A stretch of DNA of 64,000 nt from Candidatus Thorarchaeota archaeon (lineage in GTDB: Archaea; Asgardarchaeota; Thorarchaeia; Thorarchaeales; Thorarchaeaceae), in contig JBHLRQ010000004.1 of assembly GCA_048882385.1 (NCBI GenBank), positions 13,470 through 77,469 on the forward strand, read 5' to 3'. The first letter of the stretch is position 1, and every line of letters starts with the position of its first letter. The notes under the pieces were generated by a model. It searched no databases. It was not told the origin of the DNA and saw only the letters and a program-made list of their open reading frames with translations. Below, piece after piece: positions 26,281 to 35,812 of the stretch. The position numbers and the translations under genes were made by a program.

Positions 26281-27108
26281 ATGTCCAAGAAACCAAAACT
26301 GAGCGATGTTCCAGGAGTTGGACCAGCAATGGAAGAAAAACTTCGGGATGCTGGTATCAAGACAGTCGTTAGTCTATCGAAGATGGATCCTAAGAAACTC
26401 TCTGAAAAGGTAGAAGGTGTCGGTGAAGCCAGTGCCAAGAGTTTCATTTCTGAAGCAAAGAAATTGATTCCAAAGGATGCCGCGAAGCCCAAAGAAAAGG
26501 CTCCCGGGAAACCTAAGAAGAAGGCTGAAACCAAAGCTAAAGCAGAGAAAGCCAAACTGAAAAAGAAGGTTTCAGAAGAGAAACCAAAGCTTAAGAAGAA
26601 AAAAGCTGCTGCACCCAAAAAGAAGAAGGTCACACCAAAGAAGAAACCCAAAGTGGAAGTCCCTCTCAGAGTCAAAAATACTGACCAGCGTCTATTGAGG
26701 ATTGCTAGACAGAAAAAGAAACGCATGCCTCAATTCCGTCATGAGCAAGCGCACAGATGGATTCGTGTAAGCGACAATTGGCGAAAGGTAAGAGGAATAG
26801 ACAGTGCAACTCGTGAAAAAAGTAAGGGACGAATTGCAATGGTGTCCTCAGGATATCGAACCCCAAAGGCTGTTAGAGACCTACATCCATCACTCTATGT
26901 TGAGGTGAGAGTTCACAGACCTTCTGAGATTGAGAATCTCGACCCTGAAGTGCATGCTGTTAGAATTGCAGCAACAGTAGGTTCTAGGAAGAAACAAGAG
27001 ATACTTGCGGCAGCAGATGCCAAACTTCTACGTGTTCTCAATCCTGGTAGGAGCGAAGAAATCGGTGAGGAAGACCTCTTCACAGATCTTGATTTGGAGG
27101 TGGATTAG
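26281..27108 (+). CDS. rpl32e: 50S ribosomal protein eL32 with N-terminal helix-hairpin-helix domain and Lys-rich linker
   Basis: The C-terminal ~130 aa (PQFRHEQAHRWIRVSDNWRKVRGIDS...) form the eL32 core. N-terminal LSDVPGVGPAMEEKLRDAGIKTV and VEGVGEASAKSFI are HhH motifs. A KPK-rich linker spans ~26460-26650. Confidence 0.88.
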   Translation: MSKKPKLSDVPGVGPAMEEKLRDAGIKTVVSLSKMDPKKLSEKVEGVGEASAKSFISEAKKLIPKDAAKPKEKAPGKPKKKAETKAKAEKAKLKKKVSEEKPKLKKKKAAAPKKKKVTPKKKPKVEVPLRVKNTDQRLLRIARQKKKRMPQFRHEQAHRWIRVSDNWRKVRGIDSATREKSKGRIAMVSSGYRTPKAVRDLHPSLYVEVRVHRPSEIENLDPEVHAVRIAATVGSRKKQEILAAADAKLLRVLNPGRSEEIGEEDLFTDLDLEVD

Positions 27109-27110
27109 TA

Positions 27111-27557
27111 TTGAAACTCAGCACTCAGAAGAGATTAGCTGCGGATGTATTGAAAGTGGGCAAATCCAGAGTTTGGATTGACCCCAGTTTCGAAGACGAG
27201 GTTAGCCTAGCAATAACTAGAGATGATATTCGCCGTCTTGTAGATGAAGGTGCAATTCAAAAGAAACCTATACGGGGCGTTAGTAGAGGACGCGCTCGGT
27301 ATAATCTCCGGCAGAAAAGGAAAGGCCAAAGATCAGGACCTGGAAGAAAGAAAGGCAAAGCTACATCCAAGCTAAGCAGCAAAGATCGATGGATGATGAA
27401 GATTAGACCCTTACGTAAAGAGCTGAAGAAGCTCAGAGATGAAGGGAAGATAACAAGCAGAGTGTACAGAGAGTTGTATCTGAAAGCAAAAGGTAATGCT
27501 TTCCGTAACACTGCTCACCTTAGAACGTATATCGCAGAACGGAGGCTGTCCAAATAA
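27111..27557 (+). CDS. rpl19e: 50S ribosomal protein eL19
   Basis: TTG start. LSTQKRLAADVLKVGKSRVWIDP N-terminus. Confidence 0.92.
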   Translation: MKLSTQKRLAADVLKVGKSRVWIDPSFEDEVSLAITRDDIRRLVDEGAIQKKPIRGVSRGRARYNLRQKRKGQRSGPGRKKGKATSKLSSKDRWMMKIRPLRKELKKLRDEGKITSRVYRELYLKAKGNAFRNTAHLRTYIAERRLSK

Positions 27558-28312
27558 TGGCACAAGGACCAACATATAGGGTGAAGTTTCGGCGCAGGAG
27601 AGAAGGCAAAACAAACTACTATCGCCGAAGACGTCTGCTTCAATCAAGACGTCCAAGACTTGTCGTCAGAAAAACAAACACTTCAACTATCGTACAAATC
27701 ATAAACGCAAGTGTAGTTGGAGATTCAACTGTAGCTTCTGCGACATCAACAGAACTCACGAAGCATGGATGGATTGCAGGGACTGGAAATCTCCCTGCAG
27801 CATACCTGACTGGATTGCTTGCCGGTTTGCGAGCAAAAAGCAGAGGTGTGAATGGTGCAGTTCTAGATGTTGGACTAAATCCGCCGGTAAAGGGTTCGAG
27901 AATTTATGCAGCATTGAGAGGAGCTGTTGATGCAGGGCTTGAGGTACCTCATGATCCAAACATCCTCCCAGATGAATCCAGAATTTCAGGCGAGCACATT
28001 GTGGCATCCTTTGATCATTTTGGAACCGATTCACACATGTTCAGTGATTTGGGTAAGAAGAAGACCAATATCTCAACGATACCGAAGAAATTCAATACTG
28101 TGAAAAAAGCTATAGAAGACATACCTGCTGCTGAGTTGAAGAAGAAAAAGACACGCAAGGCTCCTGCCAAGGCAGCAGCAAAGCCCAAAGCAAAGAAACC
28201 AAAGAAAGAGAAACCCTCTGTATCGCCTCCAAGGGCTGTACCTCGGAAACCAAAACCGAAGAAGCTTATCGCACGAGGCAAGGGTAGGAAAGGTAAGAGG
28301 CGAGCGAAATAG
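27557..28312 (+). CDS. rpl18: 50S ribosomal protein uL18 with Lys/Pro/Ala-rich C-terminal extension
   Basis: FRRRREGKTNYYRRRRLL...RLVVRKTN N-terminus. The last ~60 aa are KAPAKAAAKPKAKKPKKEKP... Confidence 0.92.
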   Translation: MAQGPTYRVKFRRRREGKTNYYRRRRLLQSRRPRLVVRKTNTSTIVQIINASVVGDSTVASATSTELTKHGWIAGTGNLPAAYLTGLLAGLRAKSRGVNGAVLDVGLNPPVKGSRIYAALRGAVDAGLEVPHDPNILPDESRISGEHIVASFDHFGTDSHMFSDLGKKKTNISTIPKKFNTVKKAIEDIPAAELKKKKTRKAPAKAAAKPKAKKPKKEKPSVSPPRAVPRKPKPKKLIARGKGRKGKRRAK

Positions 28313-28324
28313 GGGTGATATGTG

Positions 28325-29011
28325 ATGAGTAAACAACAAAGAGGACGACGAAGGAGACAACCTCGAGCAGAAATCAATCCACTTGATGAATGGATTCCGA
28401 AAACAAAACTCGGCAGGCTTGTGAAAGAGGGACACATCAACTCGATTGAAGAAATCATGCAGAGCAACTATAGAATCAGGGAGCCAGAAATTGTTGATGC
28501 TCTGTTTCCCGATCTTCGACAAGAAGTTGTAGATGTCACTCTCGTACAACGACAGTCTGACAGCGGACAGCAGAAAAGCTTCAGAATTACTGTTGTTGTT
28601 GGAAACGGAGAAGGAGTTCTTGGAATCGGTGTTGGAAAAGCCCCTGAATTTGTGCCATCAGTACGTGCAGCAGAATCCAGAGCAAAACTCAACATAATGA
28701 TGTTCCGCAGAGGTTGTGGCTCATGGGAATGTCGTTGTGATGATCCTCACAGTATTCCATTCCAAGTGATGGGCTCATCTGGTTCAGTAAATGTCACATT
28801 GAGACCTGCACCAAAGGGAACAGGACTTGTAACAGCAGATGTAGGAAAGATTGTGTTGAGGATAGCTGGTCTACACGATGTTTGGTCAATCACAAAGGGA
28901 CGGTCACGAACTTCGTCTAACTTTGCAAAAGCGTTCGTCAACGCACTTTCACAGACATACAAGATGCTTCCACCCCAAGAGTGGGGTACAACAGGAGTGA
29001 CTGAGATATGA
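28325..29011 (+). CDS. rps5: 30S ribosomal protein uS5
   Basis: dsRBD plus S5 C-terminal domain (GNGEGVLGIGVGKA, GTGLVTADVGK). ATG 28325 is 3 nt after the in-frame GTG 28322. Confidence 0.93.
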   Translation: MSKQQRGRRRRQPRAEINPLDEWIPKTKLGRLVKEGHINSIEEIMQSNYRIREPEIVDALFPDLRQEVVDVTLVQRQSDSGQQKSFRITVVVGNGEGVLGIGVGKAPEFVPSVRAAESRAKLNIMMFRRGCGSWECRCDDPHSIPFQVMGSSGSVNVTLRPAPKGTGLVTADVGKIVLRIAGLHDVWSITKGRSRTSSNFAKAFVNALSQTYKMLPPQEWGTTGVTEI

Positions 29012-29490
29012 GTGAAACAGAGAAGGTTGTGCTAGCGATTAGAGTCAGAGGACAAGTCAAAGTCAGACCTCAGATTGAAGACACTCTAGACAAGCTTCTA
29101 TTGGGTCGACTTCATCAGGCCAGGTTGATCAAAGTAACACCAAGTCTACAGGGTATGATCACAAAGGCAAAAGATTACATCACTTGGGGAGAACCAAGTG
29201 AGGAAGTAATCGAGAGACTTCTCACTAAGAGAGGCCGGCTGCCTGGAAACAAAAGACTGACAGATGCATATGTGAAGAAGAACTCGAAACTCAGCAGCAT
29301 CAAGGCACTGGCTAAGGCTATTGCAAGTGGCAAAGCAACAATGTCTGATGTTGAAGGATTGAAACCAATCTTTAGATTGACTCCTCCCAGTAAGGGCTAC
29401 AAGGGAAAGAAGAACCTGCCAATAGAGATGGGGGGAATCACAGGATATCGCGGGGAAGAAATCAACGATCTAACCCTGCGAATGCTTTGA
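29008..29490 (+). CDS. rpl30: 50S ribosomal protein uL30
   Basis: LAIRVRGQVKVRPQIEDTLDKLLLGR pattern. Overlaps the uS5 stop. Confidence 0.92.
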   Translation: MSETEKVVLAIRVRGQVKVRPQIEDTLDKLLLGRLHQARLIKVTPSLQGMITKAKDYITWGEPSEEVIERLLTKRGRLPGNKRLTDAYVKKNSKLSSIKALAKAIASGKATMSDVEGLKPIFRLTPPSKGYKGKKNLPIEMGGITGYRGEEINDLTLRML

Positions 29491-29501
29491 GGTGAACGCA
29501 A

Positions 29502-30032
29502 ATGTCTTGGGACGATGATGATGAAACTCGGAGAAAACTCCGACGTTGGTTTGGGGACTACATACCAGAAGAAATGTTTCGGATGATCGAAGAAATGATG
29601 GAGAAAATGATGAGCGAGATGAATGAAGGCTCCTTGTTTGATAGTAAAGCCTTTGAGGAAATGCTCAGAAACCCTGAGGGAACAAGTCCTTTCGTCTTCG
29701 GATTTTCAATGAATGTTGGTCCCGATGGAAAACCCATCATCAAGAGATTTGGCAACCCATCTGGAGATGTAGGTGTAGAACCATCACCAAGCCTTGAACC
29801 CCTTGTGGATGTTGTCGAGGAGAACGACGAGATTATTGTGGTTGCAGAAGTTCCAGGCGTAGAGAGAGATGAAATAAAGGTTCGAATCAAGGGAACAACT
29901 CTTACAATTCATTCTGAGAACCTTGAACGACCATATCACAAGGTCATTGAACTTCCAAGCAAAGTGACGAAAGACGAAGCGAAATCAGCCATTCGTAATG
30001 GCGTACTGGAGGTACGTCTCAAGAAAGCATAG
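29502..30032 (+). CDS. small heat-shock protein (Hsp20/alpha-crystallin family)
   Basis: Alpha-crystallin domain EPLVDVVEENDEIIVVAEVPGVERDEIKVRIKGTTLTIHSE...AKSAIRNGVLEVRLKK. Lies 11 nt after uL30 and 15 nt before uL15. Confidence 0.88.
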   Translation: MSWDDDDETRRKLRRWFGDYIPEEMFRMIEEMMEKMMSEMNEGSLFDSKAFEEMLRNPEGTSPFVFGFSMNVGPDGKPIIKRFGNPSGDVGVEPSPSLEPLVDVVEENDEIIVVAEVPGVERDEIKVRIKGTTLTIHSENLERPYHKVIELPSKVTKDEAKSAIRNGVLEVRLKKA

Positions 30033-30047
30033 GTTGGAGAGATATCG

Positions 30048-30497
30048 ATGCAAAAACGAAGATCAAAGAAAATCAACAAGATGCGAGGACGTCGTGCATC
30101 AGGTTATGGACACACAAAGGGTCATCGAGCTTCAGGGCAGAGAGGTGGCAAAGGCATGGCAGGTTCCAAAAAACATCACTACATCAAAGTCATGCAGGAA
30201 GACCCAAGATATTTTGGAAAATGGGGATTCAAGAGACCTCAGAAACTCATTGATAACCTAGTAGTTCTAAACATCGGAGATATCGATGAGGCGGCTGACA
30301 GACTTGTGGCAAGAGAGTTAGCCACAATGAAAGGCAAGCAGTATAATATTGATGTTTCAAAGCTTGGAATTGACCGAATACTAGGATCTGGAAAAGTAAC
30401 CCGGAAGCTGAATCTTACGGGTGTGAAAGCAATCACTCCAAGAGCCAGGGAAAAAGTCACTGGTATTGGAGGAACAGTCGATCTTCCAGAAGAATAG
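30048..30497 (+). CDS. rpl15: 50S ribosomal protein uL15
   Basis: RGRRASGYGHTKGHRASGQRGGKGMAGSKKHH N-terminus. Confidence 0.93.
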   Translation: MQKRRSKKINKMRGRRASGYGHTKGHRASGQRGGKGMAGSKKHHYIKVMQEDPRYFGKWGFKRPQKLIDNLVVLNIGDIDEAADRLVARELATMKGKQYNIDVSKLGIDRILGSGKVTRKLNLTGVKAITPRAREKVTGIGGTVDLPEE

Positions 30498-30576
30498 TAC
30501 AGGTTTGAAACTGACCACTAGCTTTAAAGGTAAAGGTCAGCTGGACCCCGAAAAGTACCTGCAGGAGGCAAAATGA

Positions 30577-32100
30577 ATGCCTAGCACATTCCTAAAAGCA
30601 TTATCACCATTTGTTAGGATAATGCCTGAAGTAAAGGCACCAGATAGAGAGGTTTCTTTTCGTGAGAAATTCGTCTGGACTGCCCTTATTCTCATAATAT
30701 TCCTCATCATGTCGCATCTACCTCTCTATGGTGTCGACAAGACCGTAGGAACTGACTACCTTTGGGCCATGCGAGTTATTCTTGCTAGCACTCGTGGAAC
30801 TCTGATGGAGCTTGGAATAGGACCAATTGTTACTGCAGGTCTGGTCATGCAGCTTCTATCAGGTTCAAAAATCATCAATGTAGATTTCGGAGACCCCGAG
30901 GACAGAGCCCTCTTTACCGGAGGTCAGAAAGTCCTGGCAATGTTCATGACTGCCTTTCAAGCCATTGCATACATTATGGGCGCTGCATACGGCAACCTAA
31001 CTCCTACAGCAGCGGTCCTTGTATTCATCCAACTATTCCTTTCTGGCATCATCGTCATTCTCATGGATGAGTTGGTTCAGAAGGGGTGGGGTCTTGGTTC
31101 GGGTGTATCTTTGTTCATCATGACCAACGTCGCGGGTCAGGTATTGTTCAACTCACTGAACTTCATTGACACAGAGGTTTCTTCACCCGTTGGGTACATG
31201 AATGGAACTGAAGCCAATCCAGTACCTACAAATCTACCAAAGGGAATCGTAGCGGCCTTACTCAGCAACCTATTGAGATTCTTTAATATTGGCACTACCC
31301 AGGGCGATGCTGTTGACGCAGCGTGGTTCTTTGTACGAAATGGCTTTGACCCTAGTCTGCTCTCGTTGATAGTGACGTTTGTCATATTCTTCGCTGTCAT
31401 CTGGATGGAATCTGTTCGAGTGGAGATTCCTCTGCAATATGCAAAATACAGAGGAATGAAGGCACGGTATCCAATAAAGCTCCTCTATACATCAAACATC
31501 CCAGTCATTCTTGCTCAGGCGCTTTATGCCAACATTCTGTTCTTTGGGCAGATGATCTGGGGAGCGTTCAACTCTGACGGTTCAAATCCATTCCTGAGCT
31601 GGATAGGCATCTTTGAACGAGATCCTGATAGTGGGCGTATGCTTGCAACAGAAGGATTAGCAAAGTACATCACGCCACCTCAGGGTGTCTTTCGGCTCAT
31701 AGAAGAAGGCACGGAAGGATGGCTTCACATCTTTATCTACTCTGCGCTCATGATACTGCTATGTTGGGGCTTCTCGAAAATCTGGGTAGACATTTCAGGA
31801 ATAGCACCAAGAGACGTTTCAAGACAGCTTCTCAATTCAGGATATATCATTCCTGGATTCAGAACCAGCGAGAAGGTCCTCGAAAGACTGTTGGAGAGAT
31901 ACATTCCAATTGTAGCTGGATTGGGTGGATTATTGATAGGGATACTTGCTGCGGCTGCAGATGTCATGGGAGCGTTAGCGAGTGGTACTGGAATATTGCT
32001 AATGGTATCAATCATCAAACAGTACTATGAGCAGATAGCCAAGGAACAGCTTGCTGGTATGAGCGGCGAAGGTGCAGCTGGACTACTTGGAATATTATAA
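30577..32100 (+). CDS. secY: preprotein translocase subunit SecY
   Basis: 507-aa protein with 10 TM segments and the typical N-terminus (PEVKAPDREVSFREKFVWT). Canonical position after uL15. Confidence 0.95.
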   Translation: MPSTFLKALSPFVRIMPEVKAPDREVSFREKFVWTALILIIFLIMSHLPLYGVDKTVGTDYLWAMRVILASTRGTLMELGIGPIVTAGLVMQLLSGSKIINVDFGDPEDRALFTGGQKVLAMFMTAFQAIAYIMGAAYGNLTPTAAVLVFIQLFLSGIIVILMDELVQKGWGLGSGVSLFIMTNVAGQVLFNSLNFIDTEVSSPVGYMNGTEANPVPTNLPKGIVAALLSNLLRFFNIGTTQGDAVDAAWFFVRNGFDPSLLSLIVTFVIFFAVIWMESVRVEIPLQYAKYRGMKARYPIKLLYTSNIPVILAQALYANILFFGQMIWGAFNSDGSNPFLSWIGIFERDPDSGRMLATEGLAKYITPPQGVFRLIEEGTEGWLHIFIYSALMILLCWGFSKIWVDISGIAPRDVSRQLLNSGYIIPGFRTSEKVLERLLERYIPIVAGLGGLLIGILAAAADVMGALASGTGILLMVSIIKQYYEQIAKEQLAGMSGEGAAGLLGIL

Positions 32101-32240
32101 GTCAGGGGAAGGCATTGGTCTTCCCTTGATGGATTTATCCAAAGCGAATTCCGACAGCATTGCAAGTTAGTTTTATGAATTTTATAGATAGAAGACTTTT
32201 TGAAAAAGCACCTATTTACTTATACCAGGTGTGAAAATAC

Positions 32241-33215
32241 GTGGATGATTGGAGAAGTTATCTGAAATTTGATCCAATCCCTCTACTTGCTTCTGCGTCA
32301 AATGATGCGCTCAGATTTCAAGTGTCGCGCGATTTACTTGGAGAAACCCATGATTCCATTGAGATTCTATGGAAAATGAGGGAAGTTAGAGGATTACTCC
32401 GTAAACAGCAAGATGATGGGTCATGGCGATATCCCAATCCTAAAGAAGAAATCAGATCACTCAGAGGATATAATCAGATAGAAACCTTCAGAATACTTGC
32501 CATCCTGATTGAAAAATATCTACTGAATAGAGAACATCCTGCTATCGAAGCAGCGGCTGAATTCCTTTTCAGTTGTCAAACAGAAGACGGAGATTTTCGA
32601 GGTGTATATTGGAATCAGTATACCCCAAACTATTCAGCTGCATTCATGGAACTACTCATAAAAGCGGGCTACCAAGATGACAATCGTATAAGGTTGGGAC
32701 TTGATTGGTTGCTTTCATTTCGTCAAGATGACGGAGGTTGGGTAATCCCATTTAGGACTGCGAATCTAGGACTCAAAGAATCAATGACTCTGCAAGAACC
32801 GGTCAAACCTGATAGAAGTAAGCGGTTCTCACATATGGCAACAGGTGTTGTTCTAAGAGCATTTGCTGCACATCAAGAATATCTAAAACTTCCAGAGGTG
32901 AAAACAGCAGGAGAATTGCTGGCATCGCGTATCTTTAAGGCAGATGCATATACCGACCGAAAGGCGCCTGAGTTCTGGACTAGATTTTCATTTCCATTCT
33001 GGTTCACAGACCTTCTTTCTAGTCTTGATTCTCTCTCTAAGTTGAGTCTATCAATTGATGTACCTGGAATTCGAGAGGGTGTAGACTGGTTCATTGATCA
33101 ACAAAAGAAGCATGGCCTCTGGAAACTAAAATTGGTGAGAGGAGTAGGTGATAAAAGCCAGAATCTATGGGTCAACTTTATCATCTGTAGAACTTTGAAA
33201 CGGTTGCTTGACTAG
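32241..33215 (+). CDS. prenyltransferase/squalene-cyclase-repeat (alpha-alpha toroid) protein, function unknown
   Basis: GTG start. Repeated Q-x2-DG-(S/D/G)-(W/F) motifs: QQDDGSWRY, QTEDGDFRG, RQDDGGWVI and a final QQKKHGLWKL. Confidence 0.6.
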   Translation: MDDWRSYLKFDPIPLLASASNDALRFQVSRDLLGETHDSIEILWKMREVRGLLRKQQDDGSWRYPNPKEEIRSLRGYNQIETFRILAILIEKYLLNREHPAIEAAAEFLFSCQTEDGDFRGVYWNQYTPNYSAAFMELLIKAGYQDDNRIRLGLDWLLSFRQDDGGWVIPFRTANLGLKESMTLQEPVKPDRSKRFSHMATGVVLRAFAAHQEYLKLPEVKTAGELLASRIFKADAYTDRKAPEFWTRFSFPFWFTDLLSSLDSLSKLSLSIDVPGIREGVDWFIDQQKKHGLWKLKLVRGVGDKSQNLWVNFIICRTLKRLLD

Positions 33216-33280
33216 GAGCAGACTTTATAACAGGTTCATTTAACCAGCGCCTTATCTTCGAAGGATAGTGTAACTTCTCA

Positions 33281-33871
33281 ATGACCGAATCTCGAAATGT
33301 TGTGATTGTGACGGGCATTCCAGGTGTTGGAAAAACTACTGTGATTAACACGGCTGTGGAGCAAATCAAAGAGAAGCGTAACGAGGAGGTTCTCATTCTA
33401 ACAATAGGTACAGAGATGTTTGAGATAGCTGAAAAAGAAGGCCATGTTAAGGATCGAGATGAGTTGCGGAAGCTACCAACATCTCTGCAGAGAGAGATTC
33501 AAAGAAAAGCAGGAGTGTCTATAGCTGAAAAGTCCAAGGCTGCTCGGACTATTGTTGACACTCATACACTCATTCAGACCAGAAACGGGTATTTGATAGG
33601 TTTGCCAGAGTGGGTAGTTAATGCAATTAAACCTAAGACAATAGTCTTGGTGGAGGCAGACTCAGAAAAAATTGCCAGTCGAAGGTCGGGGGATGAAACT
33701 CGAACACGAGATGCTCAAGCTGTGACAGATATTCAAGTGCATCAAGAGATGTGCAGAGCTGCTGCTGTATCAGTGGGCACTATTACTGGAGCAACCGTCA
33801 GAATAATCAAGAACCGTGAAGGTTTAGTAGAGGAAGCAGCTTCTGAACTTGCGTACACAATAATGGAGTAA
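33281..33871 (+). CDS. adkA: adenylate kinase, archaeal type
   Basis: P-loop VVIVTGIPGVGKTTV. About 195 aa. Lies in the secY-adk region of the operon. Confidence 0.9.
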   Translation: MTESRNVVIVTGIPGVGKTTVINTAVEQIKEKRNEEVLILTIGTEMFEIAEKEGHVKDRDELRKLPTSLQREIQRKAGVSIAEKSKAARTIVDTHTLIQTRNGYLIGLPEWVVNAIKPKTIVLVEADSEKIASRRSGDETRTRDAQAVTDIQVHQEMCRAAAVSVGTITGATVRIIKNREGLVEEAASELAYTIME

Positions 33872-33877
33872 ACTGAC

Positions 33878-34432
33878 ATGCAGGACATACTTGGCGATTT
33901 TCTATTGTGGTTCACTGTTATGTTCAAAGACCCGCCAATGGCAGGTCTCTTCATTCTCTTCGTTTCGATGAGCATTTCGACAATGAGCAATCTCGCCATG
34001 AGACGTTTCACGGATATGCGGCGACTGAACAAGCAACAAGCGGAAATCAAGAAGTACAGAGAGATGGAGCAGGAAGCAAAGAAGACACAGAACGAGAAGC
34101 TCCTCAAGAAGCTCAGGAAAAGAAAAGCCTACATCGATCGTATTCAAAGAGAACAGATGGGAGCGCGATGTAAACCATCACTGATATTCTTCATTCCGTT
34201 TATCTTCATATTCTCATTTCTAAGGACTTTTTACAATACTGGAGGTGTTGACGACATAGTCGTCGTTCTTCCATTTAATATCCAAAAAGTTCTGCCGTTC
34301 CTAGTAGGAATGATTGGTGCCCCTTCAGCTGCTGGTTTCGGTCTCAGCTTTTATGGGTTCTATTTCATTGTAGGACTCGGTCTTTCAAGCATCCTTCAAA
34401 GAATCATGGGAACTCAGGTTCTCACAAACTAG
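33878..34432 (+). CDS. DUF106 (EMC3/TMCO1/Oxa1-like) membrane protein
   Basis: TM1, then a basic coiled coil (RRLNKQQAEIKKYREMEQEAKK...KLRKRKAY), then two TM segments. Conserved position after adk. Confidence 0.75.
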   Translation: MQDILGDFLLWFTVMFKDPPMAGLFILFVSMSISTMSNLAMRRFTDMRRLNKQQAEIKKYREMEQEAKKTQNEKLLKKLRKRKAYIDRIQREQMGARCKPSLIFFIPFIFIFSFLRTFYNTGGVDDIVVVLPFNIQKVLPFLVGMIGAPSAAGFGLSFYGFYFIVGLGLSSILQRIMGTQVLTN

Positions 34433-34593
34433 ATTCCAATACGTGAATTGCGTGACGAGTTTGACAGAGATTTGACGGATTTTGTTCGTCTTGTCGGTGG
34501 ATATTGCAAGATGTGAGAGGAAATCCTCGCGACACCGCTTTGCTTAAAAGGAAAGTCTAGACGGTCCCCAGAGAGAAAGACAGGTGTCATAAA

Positions 34594-34857
34594 ATGCGAC
34601 CAGGTATGCTGACAAGATCCCGTGCAAACCGTACTGTGAAGACTCCAGGTGGGAAGAGAGTCATTCACAGACAGAAGTTCTACACAGTAGAAGGAACATG
34701 TGCTATTTCGGGATCAAAGCTACACCTTTCAAGACGGGCAAAACATGGACGAAGAAGCGGAGCAAGTCGTTCAGCCAAACGACCAAATCGTCCTTATGGT
34801 GGTGTTGTGTCCGCACGAGCACTACGTCGTGGAATAATCAAAGCAGCAAGAGACTAG
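34594..34857 (+). CDS. rpl34e: 50S ribosomal protein eL34
   Basis: RSRANRTVKTPGGKRVIHRQK...C.ISG..L and RPYGG pattern. Confidence 0.9.
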   Translation: MRPGMLTRSRANRTVKTPGGKRVIHRQKFYTVEGTCAISGSKLHLSRRAKHGRRSGASRSAKRPNRPYGGVVSARALRRGIIKAARD

Positions 34858-34861
34858 AAAA

Positions 34862-35398
34862 ATGAAACGCGTCATCACCGTGGGAGGGCTTCACGGTACT
34901 GGCAAAAGTTCAGTAGCTGACGCAATTGCCAAGAAGTTTAATTTAAGGCGTATGTCCGCCGGAGTAATTTTCCGTCAAATGGCAAAGGAGAGAAATCTCA
35001 CACTGGAGGAGTTCAGTAGAGTTGCTGCAGGTAATGAGGATATTGACAGACTCATTGATGACAAGCTACGGGAAGAAGCAGAGAAGGGAAACGCTGTCAT
35101 CGATGGACAATTAGCTGCGTGGATGGCAGGCGAAAACGCAGACCTGAATATTCTACTAACAGCATCAGTTGAAACCCGTATTCGAAGAATCTCAGAAAGA
35201 GATGGAACTGAGTTTGCATATGCTAGACGAGAGACCATAACTCGTGAAGGCAGCGAGAAAGCAAGATATCTAGAATACTACGGAGTAGATGTATCAGATC
35301 ACTCAATCTATGACCTCATCATAAACACGGACAAATATGAATTGGAAGAGGTCATCTCAATCGTTTTCACAGCCATAGAGGAATTCTTTGGTAAATGA
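34862..35398 (+). CDS. cmk: cytidylate kinase, archaeal type
   Basis: ITVGGLHGTGKSSVA P-loop. About 178 aa. Conserved neighbour of eL34 and eL14. Confidence 0.88.
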   Translation: MKRVITVGGLHGTGKSSVADAIAKKFNLRRMSAGVIFRQMAKERNLTLEEFSRVAAGNEDIDRLIDDKLREEAEKGNAVIDGQLAAWMAGENADLNILLTASVETRIRRISERDGTEFAYARRETITREGSEKARYLEYYGVDVSDHSIYDLIINTDKYELEEVISIVFTAIEEFFGK

Positions 35399-35528
35399 TT
35401 GATTGTTAGTATCAAGCGTAAGGCTCATATTGCCTACTGAACCCGCCACCAATATTCTCCCAGTCTGAAGGGATGATGCTTCGAGGTGACTCGGATGCAG
35501 ACCAAGGACAAGGCGAGGTGTATTGAAA

Positions 35529-35810
35529 ATGGGTCTCTACGAAACAGGAAGAGTATGTGTAAAGACAATGGGACGCGAAGCTGGAAGTCTTTGTGTAGTT
35601 GTTGAAAAGAAAAATGAGAGCTATGTAGTGGTGACAGGACCTAAGCACCTGAGCGGAGTCAGACGCCGACCCTGCAATATCAGACACCTGGAACCACTTG
35701 AAACAATCCTCACAATCGCAGCAGATGCTGATGATGAAGCAATTGAGAAAACGATTGAAGAAGCTGGTCTGACTGACAAGTTCAGGAAAAAGATTAGGCT
35801 TGATTTGTAG
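35529..35810 (+). CDS. rpl14e: 50S ribosomal protein eL14
   Basis: KOW-type GRVCVKTMGREAGSLCVVVEKK. ATG 35529 is preceded by GAGGTG. Confidence 0.88.
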   Translation: MGLYETGRVCVKTMGREAGSLCVVVEKKNESYVVVTGPKHLSGVRRRPCNIRHLEPLETILTIAADADDEAIEKTIEEAGLTDKFRKKIRLDL

Positions 35811-35812
35811 AT

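Noticed and set aside
26256-26726. F/L/G-rich minus-strand ORFs opposite the Lys-rich tracts (also 13054-13440 and 28015-28549)
   Set aside because: They are the complements of AAG/AAA-rich coding repeats in eL32, HdrA and uL18. These are low-complexity artefacts.
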